64,000 bases of DNA from Myxococcota bacterium (GCA_965247115.1 CBDFGR010000003.1:1152001-1216000); one strand, 5' to 3'; positions 51,243 through 61,435 are shown, numbered from the stretch's first letter. Notes: generated from the sequence alone by a model not told the origin. Made by a program: numbers and translations.

Positions 51243-53156
51243 ATGAGACTCGACGGAATCACACGCCGGGATTTTATCGGGGGCGTCTCCCTGGGAGTCG
51301 GCGCCTTGGCAGGCGGGCTCTCGCCGCTCGAAGCGGTGGCGCGGGGGCTGCTGCCGTCCCGGGCGATCGGCGATTACCCACCGGCGCGCACGGGTCTGTG
51401 CGGCTCGCACCCGGGCTCCTACGAGGTGGCCCACGCGGTCTTCCGCGAGGGCCAGCGCTGGCCGCAGCCCGAAGAGCGCAGCGACGCTACCTACGACCTC
51501 GTCGTAGTGGGCGCGGGCTTCGGCGGGCTCGCGGCTGCTTGGTTCTTCCGCCAGCAGGCCGGTCCCGACGCGAAGATCCTCGTGCTCGACAACCACGACG
51601 ACTTCGGCGGCCACGCCAAGCGCAACGAGTTCGACGTCGATGGCAAGACGCTGATCGGCAGTGGCGGCACCAGCTACATGGTCACGCCGGGAAGCTGGAC
51701 CCCCGAGCTGCAGTCGCTGCTGCAAGAGATCGCGGTGGACGCCCGGCGCTTCAAGACCGAGTTCCACGACGCGGACTTCCACAAGAAGCACGGGCTGTCG
51801 GCGGGCATCTTCTTCGACGCCGCTGGCTACGGAGTGAACTCGCTGCAGCCGAACGCCCTCAGTCTGCTCCGGGGAGTGAATCCGCCGAGCCGCGAGAGGG
51901 TGGAGCAAGCCGTGGCGAGCTATCCGATCTCGGACCGGGCGAAGGCCAAGCTAGTCGAGCTCGCGACCGCGAAGCGCGAGGTCTACCCGGGGCTCACGCT
52001 CGAGGAGAAGCGCAAGCGTCTCAAGCAGACGAGCTACGAGGAGTACCTGCGCAGCGAATTCGCGATGCCCGACGAGGTGCTCGACCTAATCCGCAACTCC
52101 ATGACCGCTTTCGGCTTGCCCGCCGACGCGCTGTCGGCCTTCCAAGCCTCGTTCTACCAGCCTATGGGCCTCCGCGCTATCGAGCCGGAGGTGTGGGGTG
52201 CGGACAACTACCTCGGCGGGGGCCTCGAAGACGACCCCGACCGAGGGATCCACCACTTTCCGGACGGCAGCTCGAGCCTGGCCCGGCTGATGGTGCGCAG
52301 CCTGGTGCCCGGCTCGGCACCGGGCAAGACCATAGATGACATCGTGACCGCCCGGTTCGCGTACGACAGGCTCGATCGCGACGAGAACCCCGTGCGCATC
52401 CGGCTCGAGAGCACGGCCATAGACGTGCGGCACGCCGAGGGCGGCAAGTCCGTCGACGTCACCTACATAAAGGACGGCACGGCTTACCGGGTGCGGGGCA
52501 AGCACGCCGTGGTGGCCTGCTGGGGCAACGTGATTCCGCACATCTGCCCCGAGCTGGGAGACGTCCAGAAGGATGCGCTCCACTATCCGGAGAAGTGGCC
52601 GTTCGTCGTAACCAACGTCGCCGTGCGCGACTGGAAGGCCATCGCGCAGTCGGGACACCACAGCGCCTACGCCCCGAACGGCTTCTTCAGCCGGGCGGGC
52701 ACCGACCGGCCGGTGAGCGTGGGGGCCTATCGGTTCAGCCGTTCGCCGGAAGAGCCCATCGTGGTCAGCATGACTCACCTGCCCGCGAACTTCGTGCGTC
52801 GGGGGACCCCGCGCGAGCGCTTCAGGGCGGGTCGGCATGTGCTCCTCGAGATGAGCTACGACGTCTTCGAGAACAAGATCGTCGATCAGCTCCAGGCCAT
52901 CTGGGGACCCTACGGCTTCGATGCGGAGAAGCAGATCGCAGCGATCAGCGTGAACCGCTGGCCCCACGGCGTGACCTACGTCTACGAGCTCTCCGATCCG
53001 CTCGACTGGGGCAGGGACAAGGGCCCCCACATCCAGGCGCAGCAGCGGATGGGCCGCATCTCGTTTGCCGGCTGCGACGTCGGCAACCAGCCGATCAGCC
53101 AGCGCGCCATGCAAGAGGGGCTCCGCGCCGTCCGCGAGCAGCTCGCTCTGGGCTGA
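51243..53156 (+). CDS. SpdH-like Tat-exported FAD oxidoreductase, paralog 2
   Basis: Same motifs and RBS context (GAGAGGATTGCGATGA) as 40602. Confidence 0.88.
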   Translation: MRLDGITRRDFIGGVSLGVGALAGGLSPLEAVARGLLPSRAIGDYPPARTGLCGSHPGSYEVAHAVFREGQRWPQPEERSDATYDLVVVGAGFGGLAAAWFFRQQAGPDAKILVLDNHDDFGGHAKRNEFDVDGKTLIGSGGTSYMVTPGSWTPELQSLLQEIAVDARRFKTEFHDADFHKKHGLSAGIFFDAAGYGVNSLQPNALSLLRGVNPPSRERVEQAVASYPISDRAKAKLVELATAKREVYPGLTLEEKRKRLKQTSYEEYLRSEFAMPDEVLDLIRNSMTAFGLPADALSAFQASFYQPMGLRAIEPEVWGADNYLGGGLEDDPDRGIHHFPDGSSSLARLMVRSLVPGSAPGKTIDDIVTARFAYDRLDRDENPVRIRLESTAIDVRHAEGGKSVDVTYIKDGTAYRVRGKHAVVACWGNVIPHICPELGDVQKDALHYPEKWPFVVTNVAVRDWKAIAQSGHHSAYAPNGFFSRAGTDRPVSVGAYRFSRSPEEPIVVSMTHLPANFVRRGTPRERFRAGRHVLLEMSYDVFENKIVDQLQAIWGPYGFDAEKQIAAISVNRWPHGVTYVYELSDPLDWGRDKGPHIQAQQRMGRISFAGCDVGNQPISQRAMQEGLRAVREQLALG

Positions 53157-53287
53157 GCCACTTCAGGACCATACATAGTAGCGATCGACGGGGACGGGGA
53201 TGCGCGTGGCCTCGCAGGATGCGCTCGAACCGTCGCATCGCGTAGCAACCCGGGGCCGAGAAACCGTGTTCCGCGAGCTGGACAGCG

Positions 53288-55174
53288 CTACTCGATGCCA
53301 AACGCGAGCAGCACGTTGCCTGGGGCGGCCGTGATGACGTTGTAACCGGATCCCATGAACAGCATGCCCCCGACGATCGCGGGCCCATGGCCACCGATCG
53401 ATCCCCCTTTGGCTCGCACGCCGTTCACCGTCTCGTACTCTTGCATGGTGTTGTATTCCCAAAGGGTCTCGCCGTCTCCGGTCGAGTATGCGCGCATCGT
53501 GCCGTCCCTCGTCCCCGCGAACACGACGCCGGGGATGACCGTCGCTGCCCCAAACATTCCCGAGCTGCACCATTCCGCCTCGGGGTCGGAGCAGCTCGTC
53601 GGTTTCGAGTGCGTGGTGTACCAGACCCGCTCGCCCGTCGCGGGCCGGAGCGCGACCATCGCACCCGTCTCGTCGGGTAACGCGAGGGATCGGTAGTAGA
53701 GCTCTCCATCCGTGGCGGCGCCCATGCCGGAGCCTGCTACGGAGAGCCCGCCCGTGCGCACCGTGCCCAGTATGTCCCCGGCCTGCGCGACCCACAGCAC
53801 GGCGCCGTTGTTGTCGGGATCCAGTGCCGTGATCCTTCCGCTCTCTTGCCCCGCGATGAGAATCTGGCGTCCGTTCGGCAGCGTGTACAGGACTGGCGAC
53901 CCGGACACGTCGTCGTTGCTGGGTTGTATGAAACCGGGGCAGTTGATCCTGCGCTCGGCAGCCGTCCCTCCACCTCCCCCGCAGTTCAAATCGCCGGCTA
54001 AGAGCTGGGTCGACCAGCGTCTCTTGCCGGTGTCGAGGTCGAAGGCGATGACGGCGTCACTGGACCCCGAGTCCGGCACATTGATATAGCCATTCGCCGT
54101 GCCGACGTAGAGAACGCGGCGCCGGTAGTCGAGCGTGGGCGCCGCCCAGACCCCGGCACCCGATGGGCCGTAGAGCTGCGTGCCGGCGGAGTTCTTCCGG
54201 ATCGGCCTGGGACGTTCGGGGATCGTGTAGGTCTTCCAGATTTGCCGCCCGGTCCCGGCGTCCAGCGCCACCACGCTGCCCTGGGACGTGCAGCACTCGT
54301 ACGAGATGTTGACGAGGCCAGCGCCCTCCTCCCACGAGCCTACCGGCACATACAGGCGTCGTCCCTGGTTATCGAGCACGGGCGAACCCGTGATCTTCGT
54401 CATCTCATGGTCGTCCACAGATATCGTCCACAGCGGCTCGCCCGTTTCGGCATCCACGGCGTAGACGTTCGCCCGGAAATCCCCGAAGTACGCGGCATAA
54501 CGGTCTTGCGACCCGGGCACGGTCCCTACGCTGACGGCCGTCACTACGGCTTCCCCGGCGTCGAAGGACCAGTGCACACAGCCGGTCCGCGCGTCGAGTG
54601 CGTACACCACACCATTGTCGCTACCCACGAAGACGCGTCCCCCAGCCACCGTCGGCTGGCCCCGCACCGCGCTGCCATCCGGAAAGCCAAACGCCCACTT
54701 GCGCCGGAGCCGCGGCACCTGTTCCACCGTCAGCCCCGCAGCAGCGGTCGGCTGAAAGCGAGCGCTGGTCGTGGGATCGGGGCTCATGCCGTTCCAGTGC
54801 GGGGTGGCTGCCGGATCGCCCATCGGCATCCCACTGCCGCAGCGGTTCGGCATTGCCTCGGCCGAGCGGTCCGCCGCGTTTCCGAACGGGCGACCGGTCA
54901 CGAACACGGCCATCCCTCGCTTCTCCTCCTCCGAGAGCGCGCTCGCATTGGCCGCCATCGAGCCAGTCGTCAGCGCCTCGAGCACGCGCTCAGGGGACAA
55001 CTCTCGCAGGGCGTCGCTACTGACCGCGTTGGGGACGAGACTGGTAGTTCCATGACAGGCCGCGCACTGCGCCTCGAACATGAAGTCGTACCGAGAATCC
55101 GTCACCTGCGCCGAGGTCGCCATCGGCAGCAACACCGTGACGGCGACAGACGCCACAACAAACCACCTCATCAT
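53288..55174 (-). CDS. Cytochrome c-PQQ dehydrogenase, paralog 3
   Basis: CAACH, YECCTSQG. Confidence 0.9.
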   Translation of the reverse strand: MMRWFVVASVAVTVLLPMATSAQVTDSRYDFMFEAQCAACHGTTSLVPNAVSSDALRELSPERVLEALTTGSMAANASALSEEEKRGMAVFVTGRPFGNAADRSAEAMPNRCGSGMPMGDPAATPHWNGMSPDPTTSARFQPTAAAGLTVEQVPRLRRKWAFGFPDGSAVRGQPTVAGGRVFVGSDNGVVYALDARTGCVHWSFDAGEAVVTAVSVGTVPGSQDRYAAYFGDFRANVYAVDAETGEPLWTISVDDHEMTKITGSPVLDNQGRRLYVPVGSWEEGAGLVNISYECCTSQGSVVALDAGTGRQIWKTYTIPERPRPIRKNSAGTQLYGPSGAGVWAAPTLDYRRRVLYVGTANGYINVPDSGSSDAVIAFDLDTGKRRWSTQLLAGDLNCGGGGGTAAERRINCPGFIQPSNDDVSGSPVLYTLPNGRQILIAGQESGRITALDPDNNGAVLWVAQAGDILGTVRTGGLSVAGSGMGAATDGELYYRSLALPDETGAMVALRPATGERVWYTTHSKPTSCSDPEAEWCSSGMFGAATVIPGVVFAGTRDGTMRAYSTGDGETLWEYNTMQEYETVNGVRAKGGSIGGHGPAIVGGMLFMGSGYNVITAAPGNVLLAFGIE

Positions 55175-55358
55175 CGTGCCTCCTCTTCGTCGGCCACGTC
55201 TCTGGAGCAGTGGCTCATCTTGACCGCCAGGATGGCAGCGGACTGCCTGAGGGTCAATCTCGCCACTTCCAATCTCCGCCAAGGCCTCGTAGGGTGGGAG
55301 AGCAGAGTACCCCCATCCCGATGTCCGACCGGGTGTCTCCGGTCAGGAGGTGAGCGCC

Positions 55359-56147
55359 ATGTCGATTGTCAACCTCTCGCTCGACGGAAAGGTCGCCCTC
55401 ATCACGGGCGGCTCGAAGGGAATCGGTCGGTCGATCGCGCTCGCGTTCGCCGAGAACGGCGCCGACGTCGCCATCGGCGCGCGCGGCAAGGAGGCCCTCG
55501 AGGCGACGGCCAAGGAGATCGAGGCGCGGGGGCGGCGCAGCCTGGCCCTACCGACGGACGTGGGCGAAGAGCAGCAGCTGCGCGAGCTCTACGAGCAGAC
55601 TGCCAAGCAGCTCGGCGGAGTCGATATTCTGGTCAACAACGCCGCGTTCGGCGAGATCCAGCCGCTCGAGGCCATTACGCCGGCCGACTTCGAGCGGGCC
55701 ATGCGCGTCAACGTTGGGGCGGCGCTGCTGCTCTCTCAGCTCTGTCGAGAATCGATGAAGAAGCGCGGCGGCGGCGTGATCATACACATCTCGTCGGACG
55801 AATCGCTGCGCCCCTCCGCGGGTATCGGCGCCTACGCCATGGCCAAGATCTGCCTCGCCCACCTCGCCAAACACATGGCTGCGGAATGGGGAGCGGACGG
55901 GATTCGGGTGCTCTCCATCTCGCCGGGTCTGGTTCGCACCGAGATGGCCCAGGGGCTCTGCGAGCTCATCGAGCGCCAGGGCGAGGATTGTACGCTCAAC
56001 CCGATGAACAACAGGATCGGTGAGCCGCACGAGATCGCCGGCTTCGCCCTGCTCGCGGCGAGCCCTGCCGGGAGCTACATCAACGGCGGCAACTACGTGA
56101 TCGACGGCGGGACCCAGTCCCTGCAGCCCGTCAAGATCGTCGAATAG
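55359..56147 (+). CDS. SDR family oxidoreductase
   Basis: TGGSKGIG, NNAA, YAMAK, DGG. Confidence 0.93.
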   Translation: MSIVNLSLDGKVALITGGSKGIGRSIALAFAENGADVAIGARGKEALEATAKEIEARGRRSLALPTDVGEEQQLRELYEQTAKQLGGVDILVNNAAFGEIQPLEAITPADFERAMRVNVGAALLLSQLCRESMKKRGGGVIIHISSDESLRPSAGIGAYAMAKICLAHLAKHMAAEWGADGIRVLSISPGLVRTEMAQGLCELIERQGEDCTLNPMNNRIGEPHEIAGFALLAASPAGSYINGGNYVIDGGTQSLQPVKIVE

Positions 56148-56199
56148 TTCGTCAAAGGCGGTCCGGAGCGCATCTCCAGCGCGCGATCGGCGGGCGGGA

Positions 56200-57228
56200 T
56201 TACACGAACGCCTCGATGACCGCGCGATGCGAGGCGAGGATCTGCTCTTCGCTGCATCGCCAGCTCGGCGCCTCCAGGATCGCCACGTCGACGATTCCCT
56301 CGAGCTCGGCGACGCGCGCCCTGACCTCGTCGCGATCGCCGGCGATCGCGTAGGCATCCAGCATCGCGTCGCTCGTTGCCTCCGCGATTGCGGAGAGATC
56401 TCGGGCCAGCCGAGCCTCGCGAAGAAGCTTCCACTCGGCGGCGAAGCCGTCCCGCTCGAAGGACGATTGGGGGACGGTTCCTCCCTCCGCGTAGAAGCTC
56501 AGCTGCTGGCCAGCCAGCTGGCGGGCCTCCTCGCGGTCATCCGATACGCAACAGACGTACATCCCGACGAGCTCCACGGTCTCCATGCTCCGGCCCGCCC
56601 GCTGCGCGCCGATCGCCAGGTTCGGACGGATCTCCTCACGCACGTGCCGGGAGGTGGCCCCCGGGAACATGATCAGGCCGTCGCCAATCTCACCGGCGAG
56701 CTGAATCGCCCGAGGCAGTCGCACGCCCAGGTGCACGGGCACCTCGCGGCGCACGGGCCTTCGGGACGACACCAACCCGGGCACGTGGAGAGCGCAGTGC
56801 TCGGAGTCGTAGTCGAGCGGTTCCCCCGGTGCGTCGTACCAGATCCTCCAGGCGTATCGAAGCACCTCGACCAGATCCCGGAGGCCATCCAGCGGCGGTC
56901 GCTCGCGTCCCACGGCCCAGCCGTCCTCGCTGCCGGGATGCAGCGAACCACTGCCCAGCCCGAGTACCAGCCGACCATCGGAGAGCTCGTCGAGGTCCGC
57001 GGCAACCCTCGCGCTGATGTAGGGGCTGCGGACGAAGCCCATCACCACATTGGTGCCGAGCCGGATCCGCGTGGTGGCCTCCGCAATGGCCGCCACCGGC
57101 ACGCTGTAGCTCCGCCGGAACTCGGGCATCCAGAGCGACTCGAAGCCCGCCTGTTCCGCGCTCCTCGCCAGCTCCACCCCCGACCGAAGCGAGGTGTGCT
57201 CGCTCCCGATCATGAGTCCGAGCTTCAC
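56200..57228 (-). CDS. LLM-class flavin/F420-dependent oxidoreductase
   Basis: AEQAGFESLWMPE, TTRIRLGTNV, SDGRLVLGLGSG, AGEIGDG. Confidence 0.9.
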   Translation of the reverse strand: MKLGLMIGSEHTSLRSGVELARSAEQAGFESLWMPEFRRSYSVPVAAIAEATTRIRLGTNVVMGFVRSPYISARVAADLDELSDGRLVLGLGSGSLHPGSEDGWAVGRERPPLDGLRDLVEVLRYAWRIWYDAPGEPLDYDSEHCALHVPGLVSSRRPVRREVPVHLGVRLPRAIQLAGEIGDGLIMFPGATSRHVREEIRPNLAIGAQRAGRSMETVELVGMYVCCVSDDREEARQLAGQQLSFYAEGGTVPQSSFERDGFAAEWKLLREARLARDLSAIAEATSDAMLDAYAIAGDRDEVRARVAELEGIVDVAILEAPSWRCSEEQILASHRAVIEAFV

Positions 57229-57240
57229 GTCGCTGATTCG

Positions 57241-58152
57241 CTACGCGCCTTCGAGCAGAACGATCGGATCCTGCCCCATCTCGAGGCAGCCGATGAGCGG
57301 GGCCTCGACAGCGTAGCCGATCAGCCTCTGCACCTCGCGGGGAAAGTGTCGCGCCACCTCGGGGGGCCACATGAGCTGCTGGTTGAGCTCGCCGCGCAGC
57401 CATCCGAGGGAGTAGGCCATGATGAAGCCGCGGCGCACGCGGTCCGCGGTGATGTTGGCGCCACCCGCGTGGAGGAGGGGGCCAACCCAGATCGCCGCAG
57501 AGCCCGGCGGCATCTCCACGACCGCGATCTCCTCGGGTGCGGGCTCGCGCGGGGGGCGGTTATATCGTCCCCAGCCGCCTTCGCGCTTCGGTTCGTAATG
57601 GAGGGCCTCCGGCCAGCGGTGGCTGCCCAGGAGTGTGCGCGTCGCGCCCACATCGGCTGTGTACTCGCCCAGTGCGAAAAACGCAGTCATGCTCATCGGA
57701 AATCGCGCGCCTTCGACCGGCCACAGACCGTCGTCGCGGTGGAACGGTTGCCCAGTCTCCCCGGGGTACTGCTCGAACACCTGGCTCTGGTGCACGAGGA
57801 TGGAGGTGCAGTGTTCCTTGAGGACAGATTCGGCCACCTCGACGACGCGCGGATGAGCGACGAGATGCTGCGTGATGGTAGGCGATCGAGTGAGCGTATT
57901 GTTGAGGCGCTTCTGGTGCCCCAGGAATTCCCCCATCTCCTCTTCCGCGTGCTCACATCCGAGAGGCGTCTCGGTCAGCAGAGGGTCGAGTTCCGCGTTG
58001 ATCCGCGCGACCAAACTCGAGTCGATCACGTCCCGCAGCACGACGAGACCGTCCCGGTCGAGGGCCTCGCGGATCTCCAAAAGGTCGGCCGACGCAGAGA
58101 AGTGCTGGGGCCCTCGCCCGAGCGAAGCGGCCGTAGCGGTACTCACTGCCAT
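57241..58152 (-). CDS. PhyH family Fe/2OG dioxygenase
   Basis: QPFHRDD, GATRTLLGSHRW, LHAGGAN, GWLRGELNQ. Confidence 0.88.
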   Translation of the reverse strand: MAVSTATAASLGRGPQHFSASADLLEIREALDRDGLVVLRDVIDSSLVARINAELDPLLTETPLGCEHAEEEMGEFLGHQKRLNNTLTRSPTITQHLVAHPRVVEVAESVLKEHCTSILVHQSQVFEQYPGETGQPFHRDDGLWPVEGARFPMSMTAFFALGEYTADVGATRTLLGSHRWPEALHYEPKREGGWGRYNRPPREPAPEEIAVVEMPPGSAAIWVGPLLHAGGANITADRVRRGFIMAYSLGWLRGELNQQLMWPPEVARHFPREVQRLIGYAVEAPLIGCLEMGQDPIVLLEGA

Positions 58153-58265
58153 CGCCAATCCTCCCTCTTCGGGCATCGATGCAGGTAGAGTAAACGAATC
58201 GGCACCCCTGGACAATCTCGTTGCAGCTTCGCCGGCCATAGACTGGGGTGGCGAGATCGCCATCG

Positions 58266-60140
58266 CTACTCGACGCCAAACGCGATCAGCACGTTGCCCG
58301 GGGCGCTCGTGATGACGTTGTAGCCGGAGCCCATGAACAGCATGCCCCCGACGATGGCCGGCCCGTGACCACCGATCGAGCCCCCCTTGGCGCGCACGCC
58401 GTTCACCGTCTCGTACTCCTGCATGGTGTTGTACTCCCACAGGACCTCGCCGTCGTCTGTCGAATACGCGCGCAGGGTGCCGTCCCTCGCTCCGGCGAAC
58501 ACGGCGCCCGGGATGACCGTCGCCGCTGCATACAGTCCCGAACCGCACCAGGCCGCCTCCGGGTCAGAGCAACTCGTCGGCTTCGCGTGCGGGGTGTACC
58601 AGACCCGCTCGCCGGTCGCGGGGTGGAGCGCGGCCAGCGCACCAGCCTGGTCGGGGAGCGCAACGGCACTGTAGTAGAGCTCTCCATCCGCGGCGGCGCC
58701 GAGGCCGGCGCCACCTGGGCCCAGTACATCCCCCGCTTGCGCGACCCACAGCACTGCGCCGTTGTCGTCCGGATCCAGTGCCGTGATCCTGCCGCTCTCC
58801 TGTCCCGCGATCAGAATCTGGCGCCCGTTCGGCAGCGTGTACAGGACGGGGGATCCGGACACGTCGTCGTTGGGACCTGAGCCTGGAAACGAAGAAGTGA
58901 TGTACCCGGGGCAGTTGATCCTGAGCTCGGCATCCGTCGTTCCACCTCCCCCGCAGTTCTGATCGTTGGCCAAGAGCTGGGTCGACCAGCGCCTCTCGCC
59001 GGTATCGAGGTCGAAGGCGATGACGGCGTCGCTGGAGTCCGAGTCGGGCACGTTGATATAGCCATTGGCCGTGCCGACGTAGATCGCCCGGCGCCTGAAG
59101 TCGAGCGTCGGCGCGGCCCAGACCCCGGCACCCGACGGACCGTACAGCTGGGTGCCTGCCGAGTTCTTCCTGATCGGCCTGGGACGTTCGGGGATCGTGT
59201 AGCTCTTCCAGATCTGCTCCCCGGTCCTGGCGTCCAGCGCCACCACGCTGCCCTGGGACGTGCAGCACTCGTAGAAGAGGTTGTTTCCAGCGCCCTCCTC
59301 CCACGAGCCTACCGGCACGTACAGGCGTCCCCCCTGGGTATCGAGCACGGGCGAACCGGTGACCTTCGCCATCTGATGGTCGTCCACAGACACCGTCCAG
59401 AGCGGCTCGCCCGTCTCCGCGTCCACCGCGTGGACGTCCGCCTCGCGGTCCCCGAAGTATGCGGCATGCTGGTCTTGCGACCCGGGCACCGTTCCCACGC
59501 TGACGGCCGTAACCACGGGTTTCCCGGCGTCGAAGGACCAGTGCACACAGCCCGTCTTCGCGTCGAGCGCGTACACCACTCCGGCGTCGCTGCCCACGAA
59601 CACCCGACCCCCGGCCACCGTCGGCTGGCCCCGCACCGAGCTGCCATCGGGAAAGCCGAATGCCCACTTGCGCCGCAGTTGCGGCAGCTGCTCGATCGTC
59701 AGCCCCGCGGCGGCGGCCCCTTGAAAGCGAGCGCTCGTGGTGGGATCGGGGCTCATGCCGTTCCAGTGCGGGCCGGCGGACGGATCGCGCATCGGCATGT
59801 CATCGGCGCAGCGATTCGGCATCGCCTCGGCCGAGCGGTCCGCCGCGCTTCCGAACGGGCGGCCCGTCACGTACCTGGCCAGCCCGCGTTTCTCCTCATC
59901 CGAGAGCTCGCTCGCATTGGGCGCCATCGAGCCGGTCGTCAGCGCCTCGAGCACGCGCTCCGGGGGAAACGCACGGAAGGCTTCGCGGCTGACCGCGTTG
60001 GGAACGAGACTCGTCGTTCCATGGCAGACCCCGCACTGCTCCTCGAACAGGAAGAGCGCATCAGCATCTGTCACCTGCCCCCAGGTCACCCTCGGCAGCA
60101 ACACCGTGACGGCGACAGACGCCAGGACAAACCATCTCAT
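58266..60140 (-). CDS. Cytochrome c-PQQ dehydrogenase, paralog 4
   Basis: CGVCH, YECCTSQG. Confidence 0.9.
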   Translation of the reverse strand: MRWFVLASVAVTVLLPRVTWGQVTDADALFLFEEQCGVCHGTTSLVPNAVSREAFRAFPPERVLEALTTGSMAPNASELSDEEKRGLARYVTGRPFGSAADRSAEAMPNRCADDMPMRDPSAGPHWNGMSPDPTTSARFQGAAAAGLTIEQLPQLRRKWAFGFPDGSSVRGQPTVAGGRVFVGSDAGVVYALDAKTGCVHWSFDAGKPVVTAVSVGTVPGSQDQHAAYFGDREADVHAVDAETGEPLWTVSVDDHQMAKVTGSPVLDTQGGRLYVPVGSWEEGAGNNLFYECCTSQGSVVALDARTGEQIWKSYTIPERPRPIRKNSAGTQLYGPSGAGVWAAPTLDFRRRAIYVGTANGYINVPDSDSSDAVIAFDLDTGERRWSTQLLANDQNCGGGGTTDAELRINCPGYITSSFPGSGPNDDVSGSPVLYTLPNGRQILIAGQESGRITALDPDDNGAVLWVAQAGDVLGPGGAGLGAAADGELYYSAVALPDQAGALAALHPATGERVWYTPHAKPTSCSDPEAAWCGSGLYAAATVIPGAVFAGARDGTLRAYSTDDGEVLWEYNTMQEYETVNGVRAKGGSIGGHGPAIVGGMLFMGSGYNVITSAPGNVLIAFGVE

Positions 60141-60169
60141 CAGCGTGCCTCCTGGATGGACTGTGTTCC

Positions 60170-60323
60170 CCACTCGTGGCCTCCTTTGCGGATAAGCATC
60201 ATAAGGGTATGGCGTCTGCAGGGCGAGCCATGAGCCCGGTGGGAAGTGGAAGGTGGTGCCTCCCGAGCCCGTCGGGAATTCTCGAGTTGGGAAATCAACA
60301 ACACCCAACGAGAGGAGGCACCG
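60170..60323 (+). ncRNA. Candidate structured non-coding leader of the IS110 (bridge-RNA-like)
   Basis: Nested stems GGTGCCTCC(60255-63)/GGAGGCACC(60314-22), CCCGA/TCGGG, and CTCGAGTTGGG/CCCAACGAG; boundaries are approximate. Confidence 0.45.
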
Positions 60324-61391
60324 ATGGAACGAACCATCGGGATGGACGTCCACGCTGCGAGCTGCACGCTGGCGGTGATCTCGCAGGCCGGGAAGCGGTT
60401 GAAGGACTTCCCGGTCGAGACCAACGGCCAGGCCCTGGTCGAGGCCATCCGCATGATTCCGGGCCGGAAGGTTCTGGCCTTCGAAGAGGGACTCCAGAGC
60501 GCGTGGCTGTACGAGACGCTGAGTCCTCACGTGGACGAGATCGTCGTGGCCACGATCAGGGAGAGCCGAGGGCCGAAGAGCGACAAGCGCGACGCGTATC
60601 GCCTGGCCGAGAAGCTACACATGGGGAACCTCGACCAGCCGGTCTTCAAGGCCCCGCGAGAGTTCACGCGGCTGCGCGAGCTCTCGCGGATCCACATGAC
60701 GGGGGTCGGAGACGTCGTGCGAGTGCAGGCTCGGATCAAGAGCCTGTACCGATCGCGCGGTGTCCTGGTGACCGGCCTGGATGTCTACAGCCCGCGGCGC
60801 CGCAAGGAGTGGCAGAAGCAGCTCTGCTCCAGCGCGCAGACGAGAGCGACCAGGCTCTACGAACATCTCGACTTCTTGTTGGAGCAGAAGAAACGAGCCG
60901 AGGCCGATCTGCTTCGAGAGGCGAAGAAGCAGCCCATCGTGCCGATCCTGGAGACCGCACCCGGCCTCGGACCGATCCGCGCAGCACGGCTGCTCCCGAT
61001 TGTCGTGACGCCCCACCGCTTCCGCACGAAACGACAGTTCTGGAGCTACTGCGGGCTGGGCATCGTGACCCGCTCGAGCTCGGACTGGATCCAGACGGCC
61101 GACGGAGGCTGGATCAAGGGGCGGGTCCCTCAGACGAGAGGGCTATCCCGCCAGCACAATCGCGTCCTGAAGAGCATCTTCAAGGGCGCCGCGACCACGG
61201 TGATCACGCAGCGCAACAAGGATCCGATCTATGCGCGCTACCAGCGGCTTCTCGATGGTGGCACGAAGCCGACGCTCGCGAAGCTCAGCTTGGCGCGCAT
61301 GATCGCAGCCACGGTGCTGCGGATGTGGAAGGACGAGGAGGAGTACGACCCCGGACGAGCCAGTCCGCCCACGGAGACACGCGAAGGCTAG
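60324..61391 (+). mobile_element. IS110-family transposase (DEDD recombinase)
   Basis: IGMDVH, FEEG, KSDKRDA, PGLGPI, YCGL...RSSS, LKSIFKGAA. Confidence 0.92.
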
Positions 61392-61435
61392 GCGACTGCT
61401 CGATCGAGAGAGTCGATGAGAAGGCAAGCACCCGA

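Noticed and set aside
57241..60530. Long N-terminal extensions on ORFs 57241-58548 and 58266-60530
   Set aside because: Extensions overlap neighbouring genes; RBS positions and paralog alignment place the starts at 58152 and 60140
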